In this document: piece after piece, positions 53,645 to 64,000 of the stretch
Position numbering within the stretch: the stretch's first letter is position 1
Layout: each line of letters starts with the position of its first letter
Source of the DNA: Eledone cirrhosa
Taxonomy: Eukaryota
DNA: 64,000 nucleotides
Assembly (NCBI GenBank): GCA_964016885.1
Contig: OZ024741.1
Span: 312,356,001-312,420,000 of the forward strand
Direction of reading: 5' to 3'
Notes under the pieces: model-generated
Databases searched by the model: none
The model's input: only the letters and a program-made list of their open reading frames with translations
What the model was told of the DNA's origin: nothing
Made by a program: the position numbers and the translations under genes

Positions 53645-54990
53645 ACGCTGGATATCTATTAGCATGTTAGCTGTCCACTACTAGTGAACTGATGAAACAT
53701 CCCTTATTGTTCGAGTACCCTTCGGGCTATACGCGCTGTTCCAAGCAATGCCGTGTTTTCTGACTCCCTGTGCCCAAGCCTCCAACTATTATTGGTATTA
53801 CCATCACCTTTCTCAGTGATCACAACTGCCTATCCTCCTATGCAAACCTGTCATATCTATCATTGTTTTCCCTTCTTTACCGCATACCTTTTAATCAGTT
53901 GGAAAAGCTATATATATGATCCAACACTGTTTGCTTTCTGTCTCAATTAATACAATATCTGGTCTTCTCTGATCAATCTCATGGTCACACTGTATCACAA
54001 AGTCACACAGAAACTATGTGCATGATTGATTTCAATAACGCACTCATGGTTATGTTCCTACCGAAATTTTGCTCTGTCAAGTGCATATTTGCATCAACGT
54101 GCTCATCTACTTTCCAAGCTATGTTGTCTTGACATCTTTTATATTCTTTCTGAACTAGTGGTGCACATTGACTGGTAATGTTTCATACAGTTTCTCTATC
54201 ATGCCGCAACTTCTACACTTAACACTTTCTGTTGTGTGGTGTACTCTATGCTTGATGTAGTTAGTTCTTAGTGCTTGTTCTTGAACAGCACAGATTAAGG
54301 ATGCTGTTTCCTGTGTTAGATCACTTTCAGACATCCATAACTACCCTCTTTCCTCTGGCTGTCCTATATTCAACAAATGCTTGTACTGTGTTTTTTTTTC
54401 TTTGCAAACTTCTATTTTGCACAGCTGTTCTGTGGAAATCTTTATGTACCACACCATGATAATTTCTTCTGGTTTAATGCTGTCTGGGCACCCCGTCAGT
54501 CCTCATACCTCTTCTTTCTCTTGGTATATATAATCTTGTCTACCATGCTCAACTGTTTAGCTCTTATATAGTCCACGTGATCGGCCCTGTCCCATATCTA
54601 AGGAGTGAATTCGGCCATGAACTGAAAAATTCCATCTTATTCCTCGCATTCAGTTTCAACTTTAGAATAAGTGTCAGTCTGTGCACCTATTACACCCTAA
54701 ATTATTCTTTAATTTCCTCCTGCATTATTTTATCAACTTCCAATATCCATACGTACTAATAACCTTCCTCTTGTATTTGCTTCATAACCTTTCAAGATGC
54801 ACGTACATTGATTCTGCAATTATTCCAGTCAATAATTTCCACATACAGGTAGGCATGTTGTCGGTCAGCAATTGTCCACCACATTTCCTTTAGTGAAATA
54901 TTTATGCAGACATGTGTCCCTCTCTTTCTCAGCTACTCCGGTATCACTTGGTCAGCATTTAGCTATATGATAAGTTGTTCAGTTATTCGT
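53645..54990 (-). mobile_element. decayed R4/Dong-like LINE 3' part
   Basis: IQCDHEIDQRRPDIVL and terminal ALLGTARIARRVLEQ*. Confidence 0.7.
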
Positions 54991-55019
54991 TCATGGCTTT
55001 GAAAACATCTTTTGACCCA

Positions 55020-58000
55020 GTAGCTTCGAACTCCATCTAGACCAGGACACAATTATTATTAAGATGATGATTTAAAACTTGCTTTGATTTCTGCTTCTTT
55101 CTAAATGAGGAGGGGGGGGTATTATTCTTACAGAGATTGTGCTCTTCCCAATATGTGTGCAGTACCAGTCAAAACAACATTTTTGCACCTCTTGCAGAGA
55201 GGGGATACCGGGCAATATTCTCAAATACTGCTCTGTTACTTTCTTGATCATTCCCAGTGCTCCCACAATCACTGGTATTGTAACGGCCTTGAGGTGCCAC
55301 ATTTTGTTTCGATCAATTAGCAGATATTTATAATTTGTTAGCTTGTCACATTCTTTTGCCACGGTATTGTAATCACATGGGATGCTCATATCAATCAATA
55401 AACAGACCTTGGTATGTTGGTATTTATAATGATAGTTGATCTATTAGATTTCATGGTCCTGTCAGTATATAAAGGAAAATCCCAAAGAATTGTTAATTCT
55501 TCTCTTTCAGTTACAGCCACAGGGTGGTGGTTGTCAGCAGCTTTGATTTTATAATGCCGACATACTACCCGATGCAGATATTGGCCACCTCTGTCATGTC
55601 TATATTTGTACTCTACTGGGGCTAAAAGTTTACATCCGGAAACTAGGTAGTCTACTGTTTCAAACTCAACATTGCAATATCGGCACTTTGGATTTACTCC
55701 ATTTCCCATCACATTGGCCTGGTAATTCCTTGCTAGTAAGGTTTGATCTTGGGCAGGTATGATGAAGCCTTCGCTCTCTGCTTTTAGCTCTGAATTACGT
55801 AGCCACTGATGGGAATGTTTCTGGTCAACATCAGCTTGTTTGCTACGGGCCACATATTTACCATGCAGAGGTTTCTGCTCCCTCTTTGATGCTAATTGTT
55901 CTTGCCCTTTTGCTTTTGCTATTAATTTTATATGCTTAGTAGCATCAGTTTCAACAGTTTCCTAGGTCTGTCCAACCTGGGGATCACGCATGAGATCAGT
56001 AGCGATTTTTTAATCTCCTTCAAGATATAATGAAGCTTCTTACTTCCCTCATGTTTTTCAACATGTTTCAGTATACAGTCGTTTGTTGTTACAAGTTATT
56101 TGGTCAGTCCAATAGTGGTGGTCTTGTAGGTAAGTTCAAATTGTATCAGGTCACAGCCTCCTTGAGTTCTAGGAAGGTAAAGACGAGCCACATTTGTTTT
56201 CAGGTGGTGCATCCTATTACAAGTCAGTAACTTACGGATTTTTGTGTCAATTCTTTAAATTTTACTCATATTCCAGTTCAACACTCCGAAGTTATAAGTG
56301 ACAACTGGAACTACCAAGGAATTTATGTTATATCCATTTAGTTCTGATCTCAGACCTGCGCGTACTCTCCTGTAATATTCCTTCCTTATCCTCTCTTTTA
56401 TACTTGCATGCTGAATGCTAGAGCCCTCATTAATCCCTAAGAATTTATAGGTTTGTTCCTGCTCAAGTTCCTTTATGAATGTTTCAGCATTTAATTCAAC
56501 TGAGTTTGAATTGACAAGCTTCCCCTTCTTGAAAGTGGCTTTGGCACACTTATGAAATTCAAACTCCATTCTGATGTCATCGCTAAATATTTTCACTGTC
56601 CGCAAAAGGCCTTCCATCTCGCCATTGTCTTTGCAATATAGCTTTAAATCATCCATATAGAATAGGTGGCTTATTTTCTTGTTGGCAATTTTGTAACCAT
56701 ACCTTGTTTTATTATATTCGGATGTAAGGGGTATTGAAGCTATGCAAAAGTGTTGGGGTGAAAGTGATTCACCTTGGAAAATGCCACATTTGGTGATTAT
56801 ATTCTTAGAATTTTAGTACTCCATCGGAATGATATAGTTGGAGGTTTGTGTTCCACAATGACATATTGTGTTTCAGGAAATTTGAAATTACAGGTGAGAT
56901 TTTAAAGATGTCCAGTGATTTCAGAATCCATCAGTGCGGTATGCTGTCAAAAGCTTTTTTGTAAATGACCCATGCGAAACTGAGATTTCTGCGTTTATTA
57001 TGACAGTTCTCAGGGATCTTTACAACCATATGAAGCTCGTCAGCACATTTTTTGTTCAATGCGAAAAAAATTGTTCTCTATAAACACGTATGCTTTCTCC
57101 ATGCGAATAGAAGGTAATACCTTATAAGTGGTGGGCAAGCAGGTTATGGGCCGATAGTTTTTTGGATCCTTAGTTTCATCGTTATTTGGATGAATGTAAG
57201 TATGCCACTTGCTATCTAGTCAAGTATTTCTTTTTTTATCTTTGATAATTCCGTTGAACAGGTTGACTAATATATTGTGAATACACGGGAGTGAGGAAAG
57301 TCACAAATATGACACATTGTCTCTACCAGGAGATTTTCACTCATGAGCTTTATTGAGTGTTATCCTTAAGTCTGCTATCGAGATGCCTTCCCATGCTTGT
57401 TCTCGTAAATTTGTGTAGGATTTTTCCAAGCGACTAATCCAATCTACATTACTACATTAGCATTAAATGGCTCCAGATCTTTCTCCAAACGTTTTCAACT
57501 TCTTCTATGGAAGGGTAGTCTTATATAATTATTTTCTCCTTCCCTATTTCTCTATAAAATGACTTCGCATTGGATTTGAACAATTTATTTTGTCGGAAGA
57601 AGTTCTTTCGCTTCTTGAATCTACACATTCGTTTGGTTTTCACTTGGTCTTTTTGCTCTTCCCCTCCTGGATCGTATATCATTTCTAGTGATTAGCTCAT
57701 TCAGTAAAGATATATCCCCCTCTCATTAGGTTAATCTCGTTTTCAATTCTACTTCTCCAAATAGGTTTAGACTTTCTTTGTTTCTATTGGTAAACAACTT
57801 GTTTCAATTACTCTAGCAGATGCATAAATGATTTCATTTAACCCAGTAAGATTAGATTCTAATTCTTCTATGATTTCTTTTGTTACAGAGTTACTAATCA
57901 TTATTTGTTTTGGATTGTATTTAGTAGTTTTTGAAGTGATTCTCTATCATTTATACTAGTCTTACAACTGCAAGCTCATTCAGTATATTCTGTTTCATAG

Positions 58001-58740
58001 ACTCTCTGTGTTCTTCAGAAAAAAGTTTGGTCTTCAAGTACTGTTTCTTTGACTCATTCCTAATTAATTATTTTCAGCAAGTTCAATAGGACTTCTCATT
58101 TCTACAAACCTATTTGAGATTTGGTCAGATGGTTGTCTTTCGATAAAGATTGTGACTAGTTACTATCTCCAGGAGATTCTTCAGTTTTTTCATGAAATAT
58201 ATATATGTAATTCTCCAAAGCTTGCTTGATCTCAGTTATTTCAGTATCTGTGAGTATATTATTTCTGAAAATATCCGTCCTGACATTTGCTAACTTATCT
58301 TCATCCAGATAAGCTAGCTTGATTTCGTGTTTTCCAAATTTTGTGAGAGTTTGCGGTGTATCTGCCTTGTGATGGATTACCGAATGTATAGTAATATGCG
58401 TATATTACTTATTTATACACTTCTCAGTTCCATTTCATCTTTTTACATTTTCTTTTTAAGGAGGCTTTGGTGGGGTAGCTGGGGCGGAGGGAGCTTGAGT
58501 TGGGACAGTCTCCGTTCAAGTGAACATCTAGGAGAATAGTTTGTGCCAGAGGAAGACTTTTCCATCTGACGTTGGCACCTTCCTGAGGGACGCGCTTTCT
58601 GATTAACCATAGGCCAAGCGATTTGGTGTTTTGTATTAATTTTTATTTGTTTTCCCGCAATTCATGCTTGCGTTACCCATGGAGTTGATAGTCCTTGGAA
58701 TGTTGCCCGGCTCTTTGGGTAGTGCATTGGGTAGCTGTCA
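55020..58740 (-). mobile_element. near-full-length decayed R4/Dong-like LINE
   Basis: NYRPIT, FQGESLSP, HLFYMDDLKLY, AQDQ, CRYC...ETVDYLVSGC, RHD, IDMSIP, IPVIVGALG. Confidence 0.85.
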
Positions 58741-59105
58741 CAGAAATCATTATCACCATTGTAACAACAATATAGTTATGGCCATTACAATTGTTGATTG
58801 AGGTGATGTTGTGATGGTTGCTGCTGTAAGATGTGTAAGAGAATTTTCTCTACTGTTCCTGTGGTAAGAGTGGTGGTAGCGGGGAGATTGATGTTGGAGG
58901 TGAGGGTGTTGGAAGTGGTAGGGGGAGGGTCGCATTCAAAATTTTTGGAGTTGTTTCTCCTTCGTAATATATTGTTTTGTATTTTATAGTCTTGTTGTTG
59001 TTGTTGTTCATGTTGAGTGTGAGGTATAAACGGGATGATTACTAGTTTCTACTTTGTTGTTGCATTTGCAAAGGATGTCTAATTCAACAGACTGATGCAT
59101 ATTCG

Positions 59106-59382
<277 letters not shown>

Positions 59383-59388
59383 CATATA

Positions 59389-59865
59389 CGTTATTCCGGG
59401 TTGAATCGGAGGTAACCACAGTAAGTAAGGTACACAATACATAGCAGAGTATAAAAGTTTTAATATAGATGAGATTCTACAGGACTAGAACATTTCATTC
59501 TTTAGAAATCATCAGGAATCTGGGTATCAAAAAATAAGTATGGTATTTATAGGTCTCTTCAAGTGGTAGGAGAGGGTAGGGAGTGGGATGGGTGTCGGTC
59601 ATTGGTTGATAGAAAAGGGAATTCATTAAAAGCTAATTCTTCAAAGCTATAGTTTATTTTTAGAGTAACAAAGGCAGAAAGAATTCTATAAACAGGTTCA
59701 GGATGGGGTGCCACTCCTTATTTTTAAGTTTCTCTTAAGCTAACAGGTGTCTATAAAATCAGTGGGGGTCAGTCATGGTTGATAGATTTAAACCCAGATT
59801 CCTGATGATTTCTAAAGAATGAAACAGTTCTAGTCCTGTAGAATCTCATCTATATTAAAACTATA
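59389..59865. mobile_element. second family D foldback insertion
   Basis: Same terminus cgttattccg as 7969; ~400-bp left part and ~70-bp inverted arm 59793-59864 ending at the same base as 14164. Confidence 0.85.
59796..59846 (+). ncRNA. type I hammerhead ribozyme (family D); the minus-strand partner at 59472-59521 has a damaged stem III
   Basis: agattc-CTGATGA-tttctaaagaat-GAAA-cag..ctg-TA-gaatct. Confidence 0.85.
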
Positions 59866-59866
59866 T

Positions 59867-59905
<39 letters not shown>

Positions 59906-60008
59906 GCTGGAGCACTCGACGAAGTGCGCAGGTTGGTTTGGTTACTCCGGAGTAGTGTAAAATATAGTTAAATAAAAGTCAAATGATTAAAATTTAGCTT
60001 CGTTTATT

Positions 60009-60063
60009 ACTGCTATATATATTTCAGTGACAGCCATCTTTGGCTGTGACCTCTTCAGGCAGT
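60009..60063 (-). ncRNA. type I hammerhead ribozyme
   Basis: actgc-CTGAAGA-stem II (acagcc/ggctgt)-GAAA-tatata-TA-gcagt. Confidence 0.85.
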
Positions 60064-60349
60064 TTGAATTAGTATGGTATAGACAAGTACATATGATGTT
60101 GAGGTGTATAATATTGTCAATACTCTGATATGCTCAGTTCCTTGTTGGGTTGTTATTTCACTGAGGAACTGGAGTCATATATATGACTCCAGTCATATAT
60201 GACTCCAGTCATATATATGACTCCAGTCATATATATGACTCCAGTTCCTCAGTGAAATAACAACCCAACAAGGAACTGGGCATATCAGAGTATTGACAAT
60301 ATTATACACCTCAACAACATATGTACTTGTCTATACCATACTAATTCAA

Positions 60350-60404
60350 ACTGCCTGAAGAGGTCACAGCCAAAGATGGCTGTCACTGAAATATATATAG
60401 CAGT
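60350..60404 (+). ncRNA. type I hammerhead ribozyme
   Basis: Identical to 60009-60063; predicted cleavage after 60399. Confidence 0.85.
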
Positions 60405-60452
60405 AATAAACGAAGCTAAATTTTAATTATTTGACTTTTATTTAACTTTATT

Positions 60453-60509
<57 letters not shown>

Positions 60510-60512
60510 ATA

Positions 60513-60824
60513 CTAGAATCGGAATTAAGACCATTCCGCAGTTCACAGTAATAATACTAATATTAGCTCAAAGAAGAATAGAGAATTTTTTACACAAATA
60601 GAAGTGTATTACACAGTGAAATGTGTGTAAAGAATTATTACAAGTGATTTTTACTTATAAGGTTAGTAATTTAAAATCTACTTCAGAGATTTGATTCTGA
60701 CTTAGGTTTTTTTCTATTTAATTGCTAAACCTCTAGATATTGTTTTCTATACAGTAACGGTAGAAATCACTTGTAATAATTCTTTAAACACATTTCACTG
60801 TGTAACACACTTCTACTTGTGTAA
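60513..60824. mobile_element. foldback element I in (TA)n
   Basis: Arms ~60589-60653 and ~60760-60824; ~75-bp left-only tail; no clear ribozyme. Confidence 0.65.
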
Positions 60825-60970
60825 TATATATATATATATATATAAGGTTCAATGAATAAATCAAAGAATGAGTATTACAATAGATTGGAAGCACTCAATA
60901 GTCATGGTTTTCTGGAGTTATTAATATTAATTCAAAATATCAACAAAATAGATATCTTTGTGATCAAGTA

Positions 60971-61037
60971 TATTTTATTATACATATTTCAGAGGTACTG
61001 AGCTAACTTCAACAGTACGTCCACATCAGATAAAATA
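60971..61037 (-). ncRNA. hammerhead with A9U core change, near the TA-abutting end of another element
   Basis: tattttat-CTGATGT-stem II (gtactg/cagtac)-GAAA-tatgta-TA-ataaaata. Confidence 0.65.
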
Positions 61038-62615
61038 AGATGATGCATGACATACCCTGACATGGTAGATGGTTAAGATTCAATCATGGTAGTGAATAAT
61101 TTATGACAAAATCCACTATTTATATGCCTTAATATTGAAAACATGAGAAACACATATAATACATACAATAGAGAGTGTACGTGTGACAAAGTTTAAAAAT
61201 TACATGGTAGCAATATAGCTGTTTAATAATTTAAATTACTGAAGAAGGAGGAAAAAAAAGAATGGCATAGCGGAAGAAACAGATGAGGGGATAATAAAGC
61301 TAGTAGTAGCCTACAAAACAAAGGAGAGTTGATTACAGAGATAGAAATATAAAGAGGAATAACTTATACAATGTAATAATATAGGGAGATGTTAAACTAA
61401 AACAATATTCGGGCTTAGCCTTAGGAAAAAGGAAAAAAAAAACTCAATTTATTGAATTATTGAAATATCTAAAAATATTTAAAAGTATTCATCAATCGGA
61501 ATTTTAAATATATTGTGTTTATTCATATGAAGGTTATTATCAAGTCCTTAGACAACTATCCATATATATCCAGACATATCTGGTTGACCGTTAATATTCA
61601 AAAGATTTAATTTAAGTTAGTTCAGAGTAATGAATGATATTTTAGATTATAAAAGTTAATAAATAACTTTATTAATATTAAAGTATACTATCATATTTAA
61701 TTTCTAAAAACAAATTTTATGAAATCAAATTTAAAGGATTTACAAACACGAGAAAGAAAACAAGCTTTTTACAACCTCACGAAGGTAAACTTTAGTAAAT
61801 TTATTATTTAATATTAAATTATTTATATTATATTGAAAACAGTTTATATTTTATAATTTAGAAAATAATAACAGTTGTAATTTTTAAAGAATTTTAAGAT
61901 TAACTATTTGAGTGCCTAAAGGATCAACAGGCCTTATAATTAAACTTTAACAAGTCTGGTTATTAAATTACACAAAGATTATATTGTCTAAAGACTTAAG
62001 ATGATACCTCTCAAATAGACATAACATAATACCATACAATAAATAAGTTACTGAAAATATTGTTAAAATTAATATTTTAGATCAATTATTGTAATAGGAT
62101 CATTTAATAGATATATACTATAAATATACAAGTCAAACTTCATGAGTCCTAAGGATAAGGACTAGATACAAAATAACAAGTGAAAAAGTAAAAATAATGA
62201 ATTGTTTGCGAACATAAAAGTGCCCAATATTAAAAAATATATAGCGTAAAATGCTAGAGGATTTGTTTTAAAATTTATATAATAGACAAACAACACTTTT
62301 AAAGTGTCCACGAAGATGATAGAAAAAGGAGCTAAGGATTTGAATGACCCGAATGTAACCCGAATTTAATTAAAATAAATTAAATTAAGTTAAGTAATAA
62401 TAGTTATATAATCTAGAACATTAAGGACATATCTAACAATTATAACAATAGAGTGTCATTTGAGTATCCAAATTACTTATAAATGTAACTAGGAGCATAT
62501 TATTATACTAGATAAACAAGTGTATTCAAATATATAGAGAGAGTATTATAGGTATTAGTGAAACGATATACATATAATAAATAAATAATTACAATCATTA
62601 TTAGTAATAATATTA

Positions 62616-62755
62616 TAGTTACGTCCCTTTACGATCTGCGTTCAAATCCCGCCGAGATTGACTTTGCCATTCATCCTTACGGGGTCGATAAAATAAAGTA
62701 CCAGTAATGCACTGGGTAGTTGCTGGCCCTGTGCCTAAAGTAGAAACAATTATTA
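62616..62755 (+). mobile_element. 5'-truncated SINE
   Basis: B box and family body. Confidence 0.85.
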
Positions 62756-63133
62756 GTAATATTATAATTGTAGTTTTACCTCCAGTTCAGTGGGAAGAAA
62801 GACCAATATTCGACGACAAGTATGATTTGTGACATTTATAACTAAATATATATAAAAATATATATGTACAAATCTAACTTTCTGAATCCCAAAACATACT
62901 CAAAATGAGTAAAATATATAAATGCATGAATGATTTACGGTTCACTTATAACCGGTAATCTTACAAGTTATATATCCAAATTATATATTTAAAATAAATA
63001 CAAATATATAAGGATCCCAATCTAACTCATATATATCTAAAATAATCCAAAGGTGTGCATATTCATCAAGAGAACAAGTTAACAAATAATATGTTTATAT
63101 ACCTAAACAAACCCTTTAGTCTAACATTAATTC

Positions 63134-63220
63134 TTTGTTGCCACGTCGCGCCCCTGCCACTCGAGCCCATTGGACGGCTTTTGTCCCCTCGTGTTTCAGA
63201 GCAAGCACTCTAGCTCTGAT
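63134..63220 (-). mobile_element. short Tx1 ORF2 fragment
   Basis: RARVLALKHEGTKAVQWARVAGARRGNK matches 37243-37326. Confidence 0.8.
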
Positions 63221-63252
63221 AATTTGAAACAACTGAAAACAACAAACCTTAA

Positions 63253-64000
63253 GATGCACAAAGATACAGTAATGGACTACAAATTTCAGAAGTCCCATTT
63301 ACTGCTGAAATGGAAAACACAGAAAAAGCAAAGCAGGTAAAAGTAACTGCAAAGAAAGAACTGCTACAGAAACTGGCTAAGAAATGGCAAGAAAAGCCTC
63401 TGTATGGAAAATACCCAGAGCGAGCTAACAATCCTGATGTTGACAAAACTTTAACCCATCAGTGGTTGGCATCCTCTGGACTGAAATCGGAGACTGAAGG
63501 ACTGATTATATCGGCACAAGATCAGTGTCTGCCAACAAAAAATTACCAAGCCAACATAATAAAAAATGGATGCAGCCCATTATGCCGTGTATGCAAAAAA
63601 CAACCAGAGACCATTGACCATATAATTTCAATGTGCAGTCCTATAGCTCCAACCGAATACCTAAACAGGCATGACAGAGCTGCACAATACATACATTGGA
63701 TAATCTGTAAGCATTTTGACCTGCCCCATCAAAAGAATTGGTGGGAGCATCAGCCACCTCCCATACTTGAAAAAGATCACATCTCAATCTTGTGGAACTT
63801 TAGCATCCAAACAGACCGAAAAATAGATGCAAATAGACCTGATATAATATTGAAAGACTTTCAAAAGAGGGTATGCCTGCTAATTGATATGTCTGTTCCA
63901 ATAGACAAGAATGTATCTATAAAAACATTTGAAAAATTGAGCAAGTATAAGGACCTGGAGATAGAAATTGGAAAAATGTGGAAATTGAGAACTAAAACAA
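63253..64000 (+). mobile_element. R4/Dong-like LINE C-terminal region; frame open to the window end
   Basis: WQEKPLYGKY, AQDQ, CRVC...ETIDHIISMC, RHD, RPDI, IDMSVP, EKLSKYKDL with no stops. Confidence 0.88.

Larger units (their letters stand above)
59905..60455. mobile_element. foldback element E
   Basis: Near-perfect arms 59958-~60180 and ~60230-60455; ~53-bp left-only tail. Confidence 0.8.

Noticed and set aside
53686-53735. CTGATGA followed by hairpins
   Set aside because: No GAAA core; it is the antisense of the R4-like ORF end.
58650-58745. gccgggcaacattcc at the R4-like 5' end resembles the HDV ribozyme J1/4-P4
   Set aside because: P1, P2 and P3 could not be built.
61250-63115. AT-rich region possibly a decayed PLE ORF upstream of the 60971 hammerhead
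   Set aside because: No RT or GIY-YIG motif could be read with confidence by eye; it needs a translated HMM search.

Overview
Repeat-saturated animal genomic DNA, probably from a cephalopod (octopus-like) mollusc; this is inferred from the SINE family and microsatellite load. There are no prokaryotic features and no intact long host ORF, and the long I/Y/C/V/H/T-rich ORFs are microsatellite artefacts. The window contains: (1) scattered minus-strand phase-1 exons of a secreted or membrane EGF-repeat gene, including two paralogous signal-peptide exons in a tandem duplication with a ~24-kb offset; (2) a head-to-tail array of Tx1-type L1-superfamily LINEs joined at (ATT)n tails; (3) decayed R4/Dong-like, CRE-like, RTE, hAT and Penelope-like (PLE) elements and ~10 tRNA-derived SINE copies. 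The most striking structure is a set of at least 8 unrelated short-to-6-kb foldback elements in (TA)n tracts. Most share one architecture: (TA)n, then a one-sided 40-140 bp tail, an arm, an inverted arm and (TA)n. Several carry outward-facing type I hammerhead ribozymes, one carries a tRNA-like cloverleaf instead, and the largest retains a PLE GIY-YIG C-terminus and a putative microsatellite-filled intron. All calls were made by eye and boundaries are approximate unless stated.
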